IMG/VR virus record: IMGVR_UViG_3300020042_004077
Location: 1 to 26,715 of that record
DNA from: a virus
Taxonomy: Duplodnaviria > Caudoviricetes
Direction: 5' to 3' (one strand)
Length of the DNA stretch: 26,715 bases
Under the pieces are notes generated by a model. It made no database searches, had not been told where the DNA came from, and saw only the letters and a list, made by a program, of their open reading frames with translations. Shown here piece by piece: positions 17,713-26,388 of the stretch (its first letter is position 1; each line of letters opens with the position of its first letter). The position numbers and the translations under genes are program-made.

Positions 17713-17924
17713 AGCCCACCCCGCAACGCCCACTCTTTCGCCTTCTCTGTCATCCACAAGGCATCCATGCGACTCATTTTTGATGAGCGTATAACTAACT
17801 CATCCTCATTGTCGTACCCAATAATCAATACATCAGTAAGCGACTCGTTCAAAGCAGACTGCAACGCCTGTTCTGGTGTGTAGTTTATTGATGCTGGTAG
17901 TGCTATGACATTTTGGTTGTTCAT
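17709..17924 (-). CDS. Hypothetical protein, start MNNQNV
   Basis: AAGGA RBS before ATG at 17924. Confidence 0.65.
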   Translation of the reverse strand: MNNQNVIALPASINYTPEQALQSALNESLTDVLIIGYDNEDELVIRSSKMSRMDALWMTEKAKEWALRGGL

Positions 17925-17925
17925 A

Positions 17926-18111
17926 TCAATCCTTTCCAAAGCCGCTAACGTAAGGAATACCCATCGCATCATCACGCTCTCGCAATGCCTTGTGGTACTC
18001 GTCTAACAGCGCACAAGCCTCGTTATAGTTGCTGTCTGCGTTTAAGCACATACACTCCAGCATGATCGCCAGCCGGTGTGCGAACCGATCTCCGATGTCA
18101 TCTCTGTTCAT
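17926..18111 (-). CDS. Hypothetical protein, start MNRDD
   Basis: GGAGG RBS; ATGA overlap. Confidence 0.6.
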   Translation of the reverse strand: MNRDDIGDRFAHRLAIMLECMCLNADSNYNEACALLDEYHKALRERDDAMGIPYVSGFGKD

Positions 18112-18299
18112 AACGAACGCCTCCTCATCTCTCTGCAATTCTTACGCTCTTCCGGCGTAATGTCAGGGCTTATCTCTGCTACACCACACAGCGGCCTCGG
18201 TGCTGGCATGGGTTTAGACAACGCAGCGTAACTCCAATACACAGAGAACAACGCCACGCACATAGCAAAGGCAACGGCTGCGGCTTCAAGCGGTTTCAT
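18108..18299 (-). CDS. Small membrane-anchored protein (…CGVAEISPD…C)
   Basis: Hydrophobic N-terminal helix AAAVAFAMCVALFSVYWSY. Confidence 0.6.
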   Translation of the reverse strand: MKPLEAAAVAFAMCVALFSVYWSYAALSKPMPAPRPLCGVAEISPDITPEERKNCREMRRRSL

Positions 18300-18783
18300 G
18301 ACTACGCCCATTCCGTAAATAGTCTTTATCTGTAGCGGCGTACCATATTCGCCCGTCACGTTTTTCTTTAACTAGCGAGCCATTCCCGATCATTTTCATA
18401 AGGGTGCTGGAAGTCATATTAATAAACCCTGCCTCTATAATCTGACGCTGAGTAGCAGGGCCGTGTTCCCGCAGCCACTGCTGAGCCAGAAACGCGCGGG
18501 TTACAAAGGGCGTTCTTCGTCTTTCTGCTGCCACCTTTTTGGTTTTCTGTATCTTGGGCTGTAGTTCTGCCCACCATGCCCGTAAAGCATCTGGGTCATA
18601 CCACGTATTTCTGGTTCTGTGATACTGGCTACCAGCGGCGTACATCGCCGTAGGGCCATTGTTATGCCCTATATACGCTGCTAACGTGCAACGACTTATT
18701 CCAAATTCCGCAGCCATCTCTTTGATAGTGCGTAGTGGTTTGCGCGGCCCCTCTTTCTTTCGCCATTCCCGTTCGAATTTCAT
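18286..18783 (-). CDS. Two-domain DNA-binding protein (HTH plus winged-helix-like)
   Basis: TIKEMAAEFGISRCTL…WYDPDALRAWW (excisionase-like); GPATQRQI…LVKEKRDGRIWY (wHTH-like). Confidence 0.55.
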   Translation of the reverse strand: MKFEREWRKKEGPRKPLRTIKEMAAEFGISRCTLAAYIGHNNGPTAMYAAGSQYHRTRNTWYDPDALRAWWAELQPKIQKTKKVAAERRRTPFVTRAFLAQQWLREHGPATQRQIIEAGFINMTSSTLMKMIGNGSLVKEKRDGRIWYAATDKDYLRNGRSHETA

Positions 18784-19253
18784 TTGATAGCCCCCGGATA
18801 GTAAGAGTTCATCAATTCTTTGTAATCAAAGTAATCCTTGAAGCAATCCTTCATCTGTACATGTTCTGGACTAACGAACTGCACCGTGTCGTTGTAGGTA
18901 AAGACTGTCTTAGGGATTGATGCCGTACCCAATGAAAAGTCTTTGCCCTTGTCAGTCACGCGCCACATGCCAGAGTGCTTGTTCTTTGACTTGGCATCGA
19001 CAGGCTTGCGCTCAACTAAACCCCACCACTTCAAGGTAGGTAATTGATTCGAGCGCACTATCCAGCGAGGGGCTTTCAGTGGAATATCTACCCAGCCATC
19101 TTTATCTGCTGGCGCTTGGGTCAGCCACAGTAAGGAAGTCGCCATTGTTTTGTTGATGTTGCGGCCATAAATCCTCCCCCACCTGTCGCAGGTCGGGCAG
19201 TAACCGCCGTCGCCTTTGATTGTCTTTTGCCACTGTTCGCGAAATGATGTCAT
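18780..19253 (-). CDS. Hypothetical protein, CxxC plus winged-helix-like
   Basis: CPTC; LKWWGLVE…GMWRVTDKG; AAGGA RBS. Confidence 0.65.
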   Translation of the reverse strand: MTSFREQWQKTIKGDGGYCPTCDRWGRIYGRNINKTMATSLLWLTQAPADKDGWVDIPLKAPRWIVRSNQLPTLKWWGLVERKPVDAKSKNKHSGMWRVTDKGKDFSLGTASIPKTVFTYNDTVQFVSPEHVQMKDCFKDYFDYKELMNSYYPGAIK

Positions 19254-19268
19254 GGTTTTTTCCTTTCT

Positions 19269-19430
19269 CTACCACAGCGCCGTGCCGTGGGTCTCGGTTG
19301 TAGGTTTAACTTCTTTGTGCTTGGCCTTGGTTATCAACTTCCAGCCCTGCTGCATAAACTTTTCTGCTTCGTACCTTTCCCAAAACTTCCGGAAGAGCTT
19401 GCCCTCTTCGTCATAGACTTCGTATCTCAT
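19269..19430 (-). CDS. 53-aa hypothetical protein (not in the ORF track), MRYEVYDEEGKLFRKF…
   Basis: ATGA overlap, GAGGA RBS, fills the gap exactly. Confidence 0.65.
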   Translation of the reverse strand: MRYEVYDEEGKLFRKFWERYEAEKFMQQGWKLITKAKHKEVKPTTETHGTALW

Positions 19431-19699
19431 TCGTAATCATCCTCTATGTAATAACTTGAAACCCTATCTTCTATCCTACGCCTTGCTAGGGTCTTACTCA
19501 TCTTCAGTGAGATTGCGGCTTCCGGCGTGTACAGCCCACGCTCGTCAGGTTGCGGCTCTTGTTTAGAGACCAGTTCCCTAGTTTCTACCGTGAAGAAATT
19601 CTTTTTACAGTCAGAGCATTTCCTGTGCCGCCTTACAGAATTCTCTAACCTAGTTGTGGTAGTGACAGATGATTTCCTGCTGCCGCAATCGCAAAACAT
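19427..19699 (-). CDS. NrdR-like N-terminal zinc-ribbon protein
   Basis: CDCG…VRRHRKCSDC…FFTVE resembles the NrdR zinc ribbon; no ATP-cone. Confidence 0.65.
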   Translation of the reverse strand: MFCDCGSRKSSVTTTTRLENSVRRHRKCSDCKKNFFTVETRELVSKQEPQPDERGLYTPEAAISLKMSKTLARRRIEDRVSSYYIEDDYE

Positions 19700-19708
19700 T
19701 ACTTCTCC

Positions 19709-20170
19709 TTAAATGTGTGCGGAAAGAATCTCACGCTCCAGATACCACTTGGCTTTCTGCAAATCTTCGATGCGGTTGCCCTTGTGGTCGGCTCGTGTAA
19801 TGTACTTCACTACGTTGCCAAGGTTGTAGCCCAGCTTCTTGGCTTCAATGAAGTCAATAGTCTCGATTCCACCTGTGGTGTAGTGTGGGGGATGGTTAAT
19901 TAGATCAGGCTTGGCAAAGTCTTCAGCCCTAGCCAGCCGCGCTTTCGGACGTGTCACTGAACCAATCAGTCTAGGGTTCGGCGGAATGAGTAGGGCTATC
20001 GCTCTTTCCGAATTCGCTTTATCTTTCACTGGGTCTTTCTCGTCTTGTTTGAGTTTCCAACGCACGGAATAAACAGTCTTAGGTGATACGCCCGTTGCGC
20101 GGATTACAGCTTTAGTTGTTGCGCTAGGGTACTTCAGTAGATAATCTCTTGCGCTTATTTTGTTTTTCAT
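19709..20170 (-). CDS. DUF3310 (SaV-like) protein with N-terminal HTH-like extension
   Basis: INHPPHY…ETIDFI…GNVVKYITRADHKG…EDLQKAKWYL. Confidence 0.85.
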   Translation of the reverse strand: MKNKISARDYLLKYPSATTKAVIRATGVSPKTVYSVRWKLKQDEKDPVKDKANSERAIALLIPPNPRLIGSVTRPKARLARAEDFAKPDLINHPPHYTTGGIETIDFIEAKKLGYNLGNVVKYITRADHKGNRIEDLQKAKWYLEREILSAHI

Positions 20171-20364
20171 TACTTAGCCTCTCGGTTTTGTTTAAAAAGA
20201 AAATCGTTACGGTACTCGGTAGGGGGAACCCACCCCTGCTTGCGCCATACTGCTTGCACATCCGCCCCAGATGTCCATCGGAAATTATCCAGTGGACTCA
20301 TGTGCCGATCATGTTCTACGTCAGGCACGACCAATCTCTCTTTCCCCACGACTTTGAATTTCAT
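20170..20364 (-). CDS. Hypothetical protein
   Basis: 64 aa, GAGGAG RBS, W..QGWVPPTE motif. Confidence 0.65.
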   Translation of the reverse strand: MKFKVVGKERLVVPDVEHDRHMSPLDNFRWTSGADVQAVWRKQGWVPPTEYRNDFLFKQNREAK

Positions 20365-20641
20365 GATGTATTAACTCCTCTAACTGATGGACGTTTGTCT
20401 CATCTACAAGTAACGCAATGCCGCCGCACTTGCGAATGTCATCCATGTTTTTTAACTGAAGGGCAGTAGGCTTACCGCCATTCGCTTTGTACTCCACTGC
20501 AACAAAAACCCCCTGATAGCAAGCTATATCATCAGGGACACCCGAACGCCCATAACCCCCAGAGAACGCGGGGAAGTGATACATCCCCATCTTGGTCATT
20601 ATGGCGCGCCCGACTTTCTTTACTTTCGCTTCAGGTGTCAT
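20321..20641 (-). CDS. VRR-NUC domain nuclease (Holliday-junction resolvase-like)
   Basis: TPEAKVK…SGVPD…VEYKA…PTALQ…GGIA. Confidence 0.85.
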   Translation of the reverse strand: MTPEAKVKKVGRAIMTKMGMYHFPAFSGGYGRSGVPDDIACYQGVFVAVEYKANGGKPTALQLKNMDDIRKCGGIALLVDETNVHQLEELIHHEIQSRGEREIGRA

Positions 20642-21034
20642 TTACTTACCCGTCAGTGAGCAAAGTTCGCCCATACTCATCACTACGATGTACATCGACG
20701 GAGAGGCTCTCCAGCCAACTGTTTCCAAGTCGCCTTTCCTCGTGGCGAATAAATTCAACGCAGACAGCGCCTTGTCCTGTACTAACTCACCTCGATGACG
20801 CACAGTAATCATCGCCAACTTGTGCTTCATGAAGTCAGGCAACGTATCTGCATCGAACATCCTCGTATGGTTGTCGCCTACGTACACCGTGTGCAATTCA
20901 TTTTCTATATGAACCGGAACGCGATACAGCCCCTCTGTCTCATGCGATACAGGTGCTAGACTTTGTATCACGCGCCCATCCTCAATGACGTAGGTGTAAA
21001 CATCAATCGGCGTGTCTTCTGTGTCTACATTCAT
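20642..21034 (-). CDS. Hypothetical protein
   Basis: 130 aa; preceded by a degenerate copy of the start-associated element. Confidence 0.7.
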   Translation of the reverse strand: MNVDTEDTPIDVYTYVIEDGRVIQSLAPVSHETEGLYRVPVHIENELHTVYVGDNHTRMFDADTLPDFMKHKLAMITVRHRGELVQDKALSALNLFATRKGDLETVGWRASPSMYIVVMSMGELCSLTGK

Positions 21035-21047
21035 ATTGAGTACCGTT

Positions 21048-22025
21048 TCATGCTGATACCATCATCATCCGTGGTTTAAGTAGCAAACTGCCACTCCATC
21101 TGTCGCCGCAGTCAACCGTCATTACGCCCAAGCTAGTTGACACGCCGTTCCAGTTATTGGGAAAGAACCCGCTATCGCCAACGAACTCATACTTGATGTC
21201 GGGTCTTGCTTGCTCTATTGAAGTCTTCAACATCGCCATCGTCGGGATTAACTCAGCGACCTCGGTCACATCTGCTACACGACGAAAGTCTTCAACGATG
21301 CTCAGGTCAAACGACGTTGATGAGGCATTGCTTGCGTCATTCCATGTCGGGAACAACTTCATCCTGCCAACACAAAACGAATCAGTGTTGTCGTACATCA
21401 CCGCCCACACAGGCTTACTGAATATCTCGCTCAACTCTCGTTGACGCTCGACTCTAGTTTTATCTGCATCTCTGTATTTGTCAAGTGCGGATTGTACTTT
21501 GGTCATTGATTCTGCTGATAGGGTAGAGACATGTCGATTGCCTAAAGCTATCTCCATCAAGCTATGTATGATCTCGCCGCTTATACTGTTGCCTTTGCGT
21601 ACCTCACCGTAGGACGATGACAAGTTATCAACGGCACTTTTAATTCGATCACTCAACAGAGCAGTAATAAAAGTCTGTGTGTTTTGTGGGATAAGACCTT
21701 CCTTCTCAATAGTCTTCATCACAAAAGAAACTTTCTTACCAAAGAAAGTCAGCTTGTCATCGCGCGTGCGCCCACGATCTTTCATCGTCATGCAATTACG
21801 AATGGCGAACGACTCCTTGTCTTCCATAAAGAATACTTTGCATACAGGGATGCCATCCTGCCGTGCCATGTACATCGGGTTTAGGCTTGACTCATACCGT
21901 GCGCTCACTGCAAGCACCATCAGGCCATACTTGTGCGCCAACTCCCGCACAAGCGGGAACGCTTTGTTCAGTACAACTTCTTCCTCAGTGATCTTCACTG
22001 CGAATGGGTGAACGAATGTTTTCAT
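21048..22025 (-). CDS. Hypothetical protein, 325 aa (start MKTFVHP)
   Basis: ATG at 22025 sits in the conserved start-associated element with GAAAGGA RBS; the longer start in the track overlaps the vWA gene. Confidence 0.8.
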   Translation of the reverse strand: MKTFVHPFAVKITEEEVVLNKAFPLVRELAHKYGLMVLAVSARYESSLNPMYMARQDGIPVCKVFFMEDKESFAIRNCMTMKDRGRTRDDKLTFFGKKVSFVMKTIEKEGLIPQNTQTFITALLSDRIKSAVDNLSSSYGEVRKGNSISGEIIHSLMEIALGNRHVSTLSAESMTKVQSALDKYRDADKTRVERQRELSEIFSKPVWAVMYDNTDSFCVGRMKLFPTWNDASNASSTSFDLSIVEDFRRVADVTEVAELIPTMAMLKTSIEQARPDIKYEFVGDSGFFPNNWNGVSTSLGVMTVDCGDRWSGSLLLKPRMMMVSA

Positions 22026-22058
22026 GATTACTGTCCTTTCCTCTGATAGGATACTAAT
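22023..22058 (-). promoter_or_regulatory. Start-associated hairpin element, divergent copy
   Basis: ATTAGTA-TCCTATC-AGAG-GAAAGGA-CAGTAATC-ATG. Confidence 0.7.
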
Positions 22059-23278
22059 TAAAGTTTGTCGATCCGTACCATCTTGCCCTTCGGCGCAACA
22101 AAGCTGCGGTTCTCCGTCACCAGCCACAAAGTATCGACGCCAGTTACCCACTGAATATCGCTCTCAACGTAGCCATCGGTGAAGATCACGATGCAGTCTG
22201 GCTTGTAGTTCTTCTTGGCGATGTACTCCGCAACACATGAGACACGCGTACCGCCGCCGCCCATTGGTTTGAGAATGTCTTTGATGTTAGGTGAGTCACC
22301 GTCGAACACCTGCTCACCATGCACCTCAGTATCCCACCACAGAACGCGCACAGTCGTAGGGGTCACCATGTCGCAGATCAACTGCAACTGATACGCGAAC
22401 TTACCGATCATCTCCTGATTGATAGACCCTGACGTGTCAAGCGCCACGATAACCTCAGTCATAGTCTCGGTCTCAGCACTTGGTGCAAGAATGTCATTAG
22501 CCAAGAGATTGCGATTGAACTTGCGCCACGTCAACTCGTCCCGACCCCGCACAGCGGATGACACGAAGTCGCGCATCTCTTCCTTCCAGTCGATAGGCTT
22601 GTCCAATGATGCTGTTATCTCACGGGGAACCTTAGTTCCCAACCGACCCGCAAGAATCCCACCCTCACGCAACGCCCGACCGACACGCTCTTCCAACTCT
22701 TTAGCCTCCTGCTCAGTCTTGGGCGCACCGGCTATGTCATGCTCGTCCATATCTTGCAGCGTGACCTGCTTGCCGTTGATGTTGATCGTCTCGCCATCCC
22801 CGCCCTGACCCTGACCCTGACCATCCGGCTTCTGCCGCTGCGGGTTCTGCTTCTTCAGTTCGTTGTATATGTCACGCACTGCCCAGCCATCGAACGCATG
22901 GTCAAGGATCGCACCCTTGGGCAACTTGCACAGCGTCTTGTCATTGAAGTTATCAATGATGTTGTTGACCACGATGTCCATTGCTACATTAGCCAACGTC
23001 CCGTCTTCCCGCATCAAGTCCTTGTGGCGTGGGATGTGCATCAGCCCCACATGCAGGTTCTCGTGTGTCGCAAGACCCCGCACTTCCTCGTCCGTCAACT
23101 GAGACATGAACTCCCGACCATACTTCTTGTTCAGGCCATCGGTGTAAGCCGTGGGGATGCCGTCCTCTATTGAACTCTCACCCATCATCATCACGCTGCC
23201 AAACTGCGCAGTCTCAGGGTGACGCATCAGGATGATGTGCTGCTTCTTCAAACGCTCTTCGTCTGTAAGGTATGCCAT
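22058..23278 (-). CDS. DUF2201-like HExxH metallopeptidase plus vWA domain protein
   Basis: TAYTDG, HENLH, N.A.D..VN; GQ linker; MIDAS DTSGS, GGGT, FTDGY. Confidence 0.9.
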   Translation of the reverse strand: MAYLTDEERLKKQHIILMRHPETAQFGSVMMMGESSIEDGIPTAYTDGLNKKYGREFMSQLTDEEVRGLATHENLHVGLMHIPRHKDLMREDGTLANVAMDIVVNNIIDNFNDKTLCKLPKGAILDHAFDGWAVRDIYNELKKQNPQRQKPDGQGQGQGGDGETININGKQVTLQDMDEHDIAGAPKTEQEAKELEERVGRALREGGILAGRLGTKVPREITASLDKPIDWKEEMRDFVSSAVRGRDELTWRKFNRNLLANDILAPSAETETMTEVIVALDTSGSINQEMIGKFAYQLQLICDMVTPTTVRVLWWDTEVHGEQVFDGDSPNIKDILKPMGGGGTRVSCVAEYIAKKNYKPDCIVIFTDGYVESDIQWVTGVDTLWLVTENRSFVAPKGKMVRIDKL

Positions 23279-23294
23279 GATTAGTCTCCTATCA

Positions 23295-24386
23295 TTAGAG
23301 ATACTTGTAGTTATCTTTCGTCCATGCTTTGACGTCCTCGTTGTTCGATGCCAGCTTGACGGTACGCCCGTTGCCCATGAGCATGGTAAAGAAGATCGAC
23401 TGCATCTCGCTCTGGTTCATACGCTTGACGAACTTCATGAACGATGACAACTCGTCCTGTGTCTGAAGGTCATCGACCGCATTGAACATCATCATGCAAA
23501 GCGCAGCAATATCTTCAGGCATCTTCACGCCTTCAGGATTAGCGACCACGTCAGCAGTCGGGATGACCTGACTCTTGACATCAAGGAATACAGACAACGC
23601 TTTGGCCGCTGCCAGACCGATAGTGCCGATCAACGCTACCTCAGTCGCTGCCGCACCCATGGTGTCTCTGTTCATTACCGCACGATTGCACTTGAACAGG
23701 GTACGGGGTGACGCGAACTTGCCTGACTTACTTGGGTGAAAGATGAACTCGTTGTTGTCCTGCCCACCGTCACGATAGGATGCCAAGATGCGGGGATTCA
23801 TCGCAACGAACGCACGTAGTTCAGAGCAAACACCATTAGCTGTTGCCCATATGTTCCAACGCTTAGCATCAGGCTTTGCCATCGGCAGCAAGCAAACACG
23901 ATCTAGTTGGTGAGCTTGCACGTTGTCGCCTACGCCATCGCTTCCGTTGTTAGATGTGCCATAGACAATCGACCCCATCGGTAGCGGTACGTCACCGACC
24001 ATACGCTCAAGCATCAGTCGGGTAAACAACACACCCATCAACTTGGGAACCTTGAACGCCTCGTCAAGCATAATGACTTTCTTCCTGCCGTTGTTCAGCT
24101 TGAAGAGTGAACCGATGTACTGCTCCAGAGCTTTCGTCTCGTGGTTCGGGATCGTCGCAGCAATGTCCATGTAATCTTTGGACGGGCAGTCCACATAGAT
24201 ATAGTCGTACTCATCGCCCAACGCTTTCTCCATCAGCTTCAGAGTAGAAGTCTTACCTACGCCCGGCTCGCTCAGTAAGACCGGCGTGATGTGACCATCA
24301 TCTCCCTCACGGGTTGCAGAAAGCAAAGGAATGATCGACGCTGCTTGATCGATAGTGATTGTGTCGGTAAAGTTTATCTTAGACAT
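23295..24386 (-). CDS. MoxR/dynein-related AAA+ ATPase
   Basis: Walker A SEPGVGKT, Walker B MLDE, sensor-1 TSN, Arg finger LDR, SPR. Confidence 0.88.
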   Translation of the reverse strand: MSKINFTDTITIDQAASIIPLLSATREGDDGHITPVLLSEPGVGKTSTLKLMEKALGDEYDYIYVDCPSKDYMDIAATIPNHETKALEQYIGSLFKLNNGRKKVIMLDEAFKVPKLMGVLFTRLMLERMVGDVPLPMGSIVYGTSNNGSDGVGDNVQAHQLDRVCLLPMAKPDAKRWNIWATANGVCSELRAFVAMNPRILASYRDGGQDNNEFIFHPSKSGKFASPRTLFKCNRAVMNRDTMGAAATEVALIGTIGLAAAKALSVFLDVKSQVIPTADVVANPEGVKMPEDIAALCMMMFNAVDDLQTQDELSSFMKFVKRMNQSEMQSIFFTMLMGNGRTVKLASNNEDVKAWTKDNYKYL

Positions 24387-24419
24387 GATTAGTTCCCTTT
24401 CAGTGGATAGGACGTTAAT
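24384..24419 (-). promoter_or_regulatory. Start-associated hairpin element
   Basis: ATTAACG-TCCTATC-CACT-GAAAGGG-AACTAATC-ATG. Confidence 0.8.
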
Positions 24420-25327
24420 TAAGCATTACGTGGTGCAAACATGGACATGATGTCCTCAACTTCATCTTTGACTTGCGAACGCGCTGCGTCCGAGTCGCGC
24501 AGAATATCTGCATTGACCCCGCGCAGTGTCATGTCAAGCCGCGTGATGACCTCATCTAACTTTGAGTCGTTCGTCAGATTAAAGTCTTTGTAGACACGGC
24601 AGTACTCTTTGGCCTTGTCTACCGTACCCTCGTATATCTTGCGCTTCTTCTGCTTCATCTCGCCGTCCTTGGCTAGATACTCGTCCGTGCCACAGCAGTG
24701 CGACAGGCTCTCCATGACATCGACCAGACGCTCCATCTGATCGTCAAGTATCTTCTGGACAATGCTTTGCGCTTGCTTGTTGTAATGATTGTTCAGATCA
24801 TCGGCCAAGTCCTGCGCGATAGAGCAGCGGTAGTCGCCCACCGGAATCTCGCTTGTGTATAGCTGAACGCCGAACTTGCTACGCACCTCGGAGACGTCCG
24901 GATAGTCGTTGCGGTTGAACATATCGCCCTGTGCGAACGCCATGTTGGATACAGTCGTCGTGTAATTGTTGCAGAACTCATCCAACAAGCGATTGAACTC
25001 GGCTACGTGGTCGTGGTACTCCTGCATGAACTTGGGCAGTGATACGTGTGGCAGAAAGTCCTGTGCCTTGTTCCACGGGTAGGTAGTACGCACCATCCAG
25101 TTGTAGATCGTCTGCCGATAGTTCAACAGGTTCTTGTGATCGATGTTGTTGGCAAGCAGGTTTTTCACGAACCGGCCTGCATTCTGATCGGCTTTCTTTG
25201 CGGTAGTAACCTCATTGCTGATGGCTCGGTCTTGCTTGGTTGCTGACCAGACGTTGACCTCGACAGAGACTAAAAGACCCGCCGTTGCCAGCGACGTGAT
25301 GTGTTGCGGTTTGTTCAATGTGACCAT
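24419..25327 (-). CDS. Helical protein, DUF3150-like, partner of the AAA/vWA pair
   Basis: Helical 302-aa ORF (W…K.D, T.PW, DYP…F) directly upstream of the AAA gene; the family name is tentative. Confidence 0.6.
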   Translation of the reverse strand: MVTLNKPQHITSLATAGLLVSVEVNVWSATKQDRAISNEVTTAKKADQNAGRFVKNLLANNIDHKNLLNYRQTIYNWMVRTTYPWNKAQDFLPHVSLPKFMQEYHDHVAEFNRLLDEFCNNYTTTVSNMAFAQGDMFNRNDYPDVSEVRSKFGVQLYTSEIPVGDYRCSIAQDLADDLNNHYNKQAQSIVQKILDDQMERLVDVMESLSHCCGTDEYLAKDGEMKQKKRKIYEGTVDKAKEYCRVYKDFNLTNDSKLDEVITRLDMTLRGVNADILRDSDAARSQVKDEVEDIMSMFAPRNA

Positions 25328-25360
25328 GATTAGTACCCTTTCAGTTGATAGGACGTTAAT
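25325..25360 (-). promoter_or_regulatory. Start-associated hairpin element
   Basis: ATTAACG-TCCTATC-AACT-GAAAGGG-TACTAATC-ATG. Confidence 0.8.
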
Positions 25361-25398
25361 TAGCTGCGATGCGCTGCAAACTGCTTTACCACTCTATT

Positions 25399-25427
25399 AT
25401 TATACTATAAGTTGACATATACCACAA
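25399..25427 (-). promoter_or_regulatory. Sigma70-type early promoter
   Basis: TTGTGG-17 nt-TATAAT on the - strand in an AT-rich intergenic region, with an AT-rich UP-like tract upstream. Confidence 0.7.
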
Positions 25428-25459
25428 GGGGTTTAGATAAAATAGATAGTTGACGCCAG

Positions 25460-25678
25460 TTATCCATGCTTGCTCCGATCAGAGACTTTCATAGCAGTGT
25501 CTCCCTCGTGATCAATCACATCGAACCCGACCTCGGTCTCGATAATCCTCCACTCCTTGTGCGCGATCTTGTCCAGTGAGTACATTAGACGTTGGGTCTG
25601 CCGACGCTTAGAGTTCAGGCGTAGCTGGAGATATATATTCCAGATGCCCAGTACGATGGCTATGAGTTCGTAGTTCAT
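25460..25678 (-). CDS. Small protein with N-terminal hydrophobic helix
   Basis: LIAIVLGIWNIYL; GGAGG RBS; TAATG overlap. Confidence 0.7.
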   Translation of the reverse strand: MNYELIAIVLGIWNIYLQLRLNSKRRQTQRLMYSLDKIAHKEWRIIETEVGFDVIDHEGDTAMKVSDRSKHG

Positions 25679-26031
25679 TACTCGCCCTCCTTGTGTAGTG
25701 TGTTGTCTAGCTTGTGTACCTTGTCGTTGTGCTCGTTGATGAACGCCCCGCGTGGCAGTGCCTCGATCTTGTCCAATAATTCTTCTACCGCATCGTCAGT
25801 CAAGTGACCTTCTACGTCTTCCGTGATCGGCGTTGAATAGTCCAGCAAGAAGTCCCCGTCAGTCTTAAACTTGATGACGGCTAACTCCCACAGTCCCTCG
25901 TCCCCTCCGTAGGTATGCTCCCCCTTGACCACGGACGCTCCGTAGTTGTTGGCAAAGCGATACAGTTTCTGCACTGCCCCAGATTCCAACGGACGCGCAT
26001 CGATTGGCTCGTGAATTTTCCTTATCTCCAT
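25678..26031 (-). CDS. Conserved-type phage hypothetical protein (F.N.YGASVV…GG..GLWELAV…TPIT.DV.G.L)
   Basis: Recognisable small phage protein motif; GGGAG RBS. Confidence 0.75.
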   Translation of the reverse strand: MEIRKIHEPIDARPLESGAVQKLYRFANNYGASVVKGEHTYGGDEGLWELAVIKFKTDGDFLLDYSTPITEDVEGHLTDDAVEELLDKIEALPRGAFINEHNDKVHKLDNTLHKEGE

Positions 26032-26159
26032 CCTAGTCTCCCTTTGATCTGGTTCATATGCGCGAACAGATACTCGCGCTCGGTTGTCGTGCCCTTTTGC
26101 TGCTGGAGGATACGCTTGATGTCACGTATTACTTGCTTAGCTATGTTGCTGCTGTTCAC
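26022..26159 (-). CDS. 45-aa hypothetical protein (not in the ORF track), GTG start
   Basis: GGAGGG RBS; fills the gap between neighbours. Confidence 0.5.
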   Translation of the reverse strand: MNSSNIAKQVIRDIKRILQQQKGTTTEREYLFAHMNQIKGRLGWR

Positions 26160-26160
26160 T

Positions 26161-26388
26161 TCAGCCCTCCCTGAATTTAATGACCATCTTCAACTCCTCA
26201 CACAACAGCCATACCTTATGACCCTCATCACGCATGGCATCGCTACCGCTGTGTAAGCGGCGCTGGATCGGTTCGAGTCTCTCAAGTATTTCACTCAAGA
26301 ACTCGTGGTAAGTCCCGATTACTTCCTTCGCTTCCTTGTGTGAGTTTTCAAGCGCCACGATGTAGTCGGCTAAAAGGTTCTCGTTCAT
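26161..26388 (-). CDS. Hypothetical coiled-coil protein
   Basis: 75 aa, GGAGGG RBS, ATGA overlap. Confidence 0.65.
   Translation of the reverse strand: MNENLLADYIVALENSHKEAKEVIGTYHEFLSEILERLEPIQRRLHSGSDAMRDEGHKVWLLCEELKMVIKFREG

Noticed and set aside
22803-22822. (ccctga)x3 microsatellite as a phase-variation tract
   Set aside because: In-frame hexamer encoding a GQGQGQ linker, typical between peptidase and vWA domains
25412-25443. Divergent + strand promoter (TTGACA…TAAAAT)
   Set aside because: The spacer to TAAAAT is 20 nt, and there is no credible + strand gene downstream
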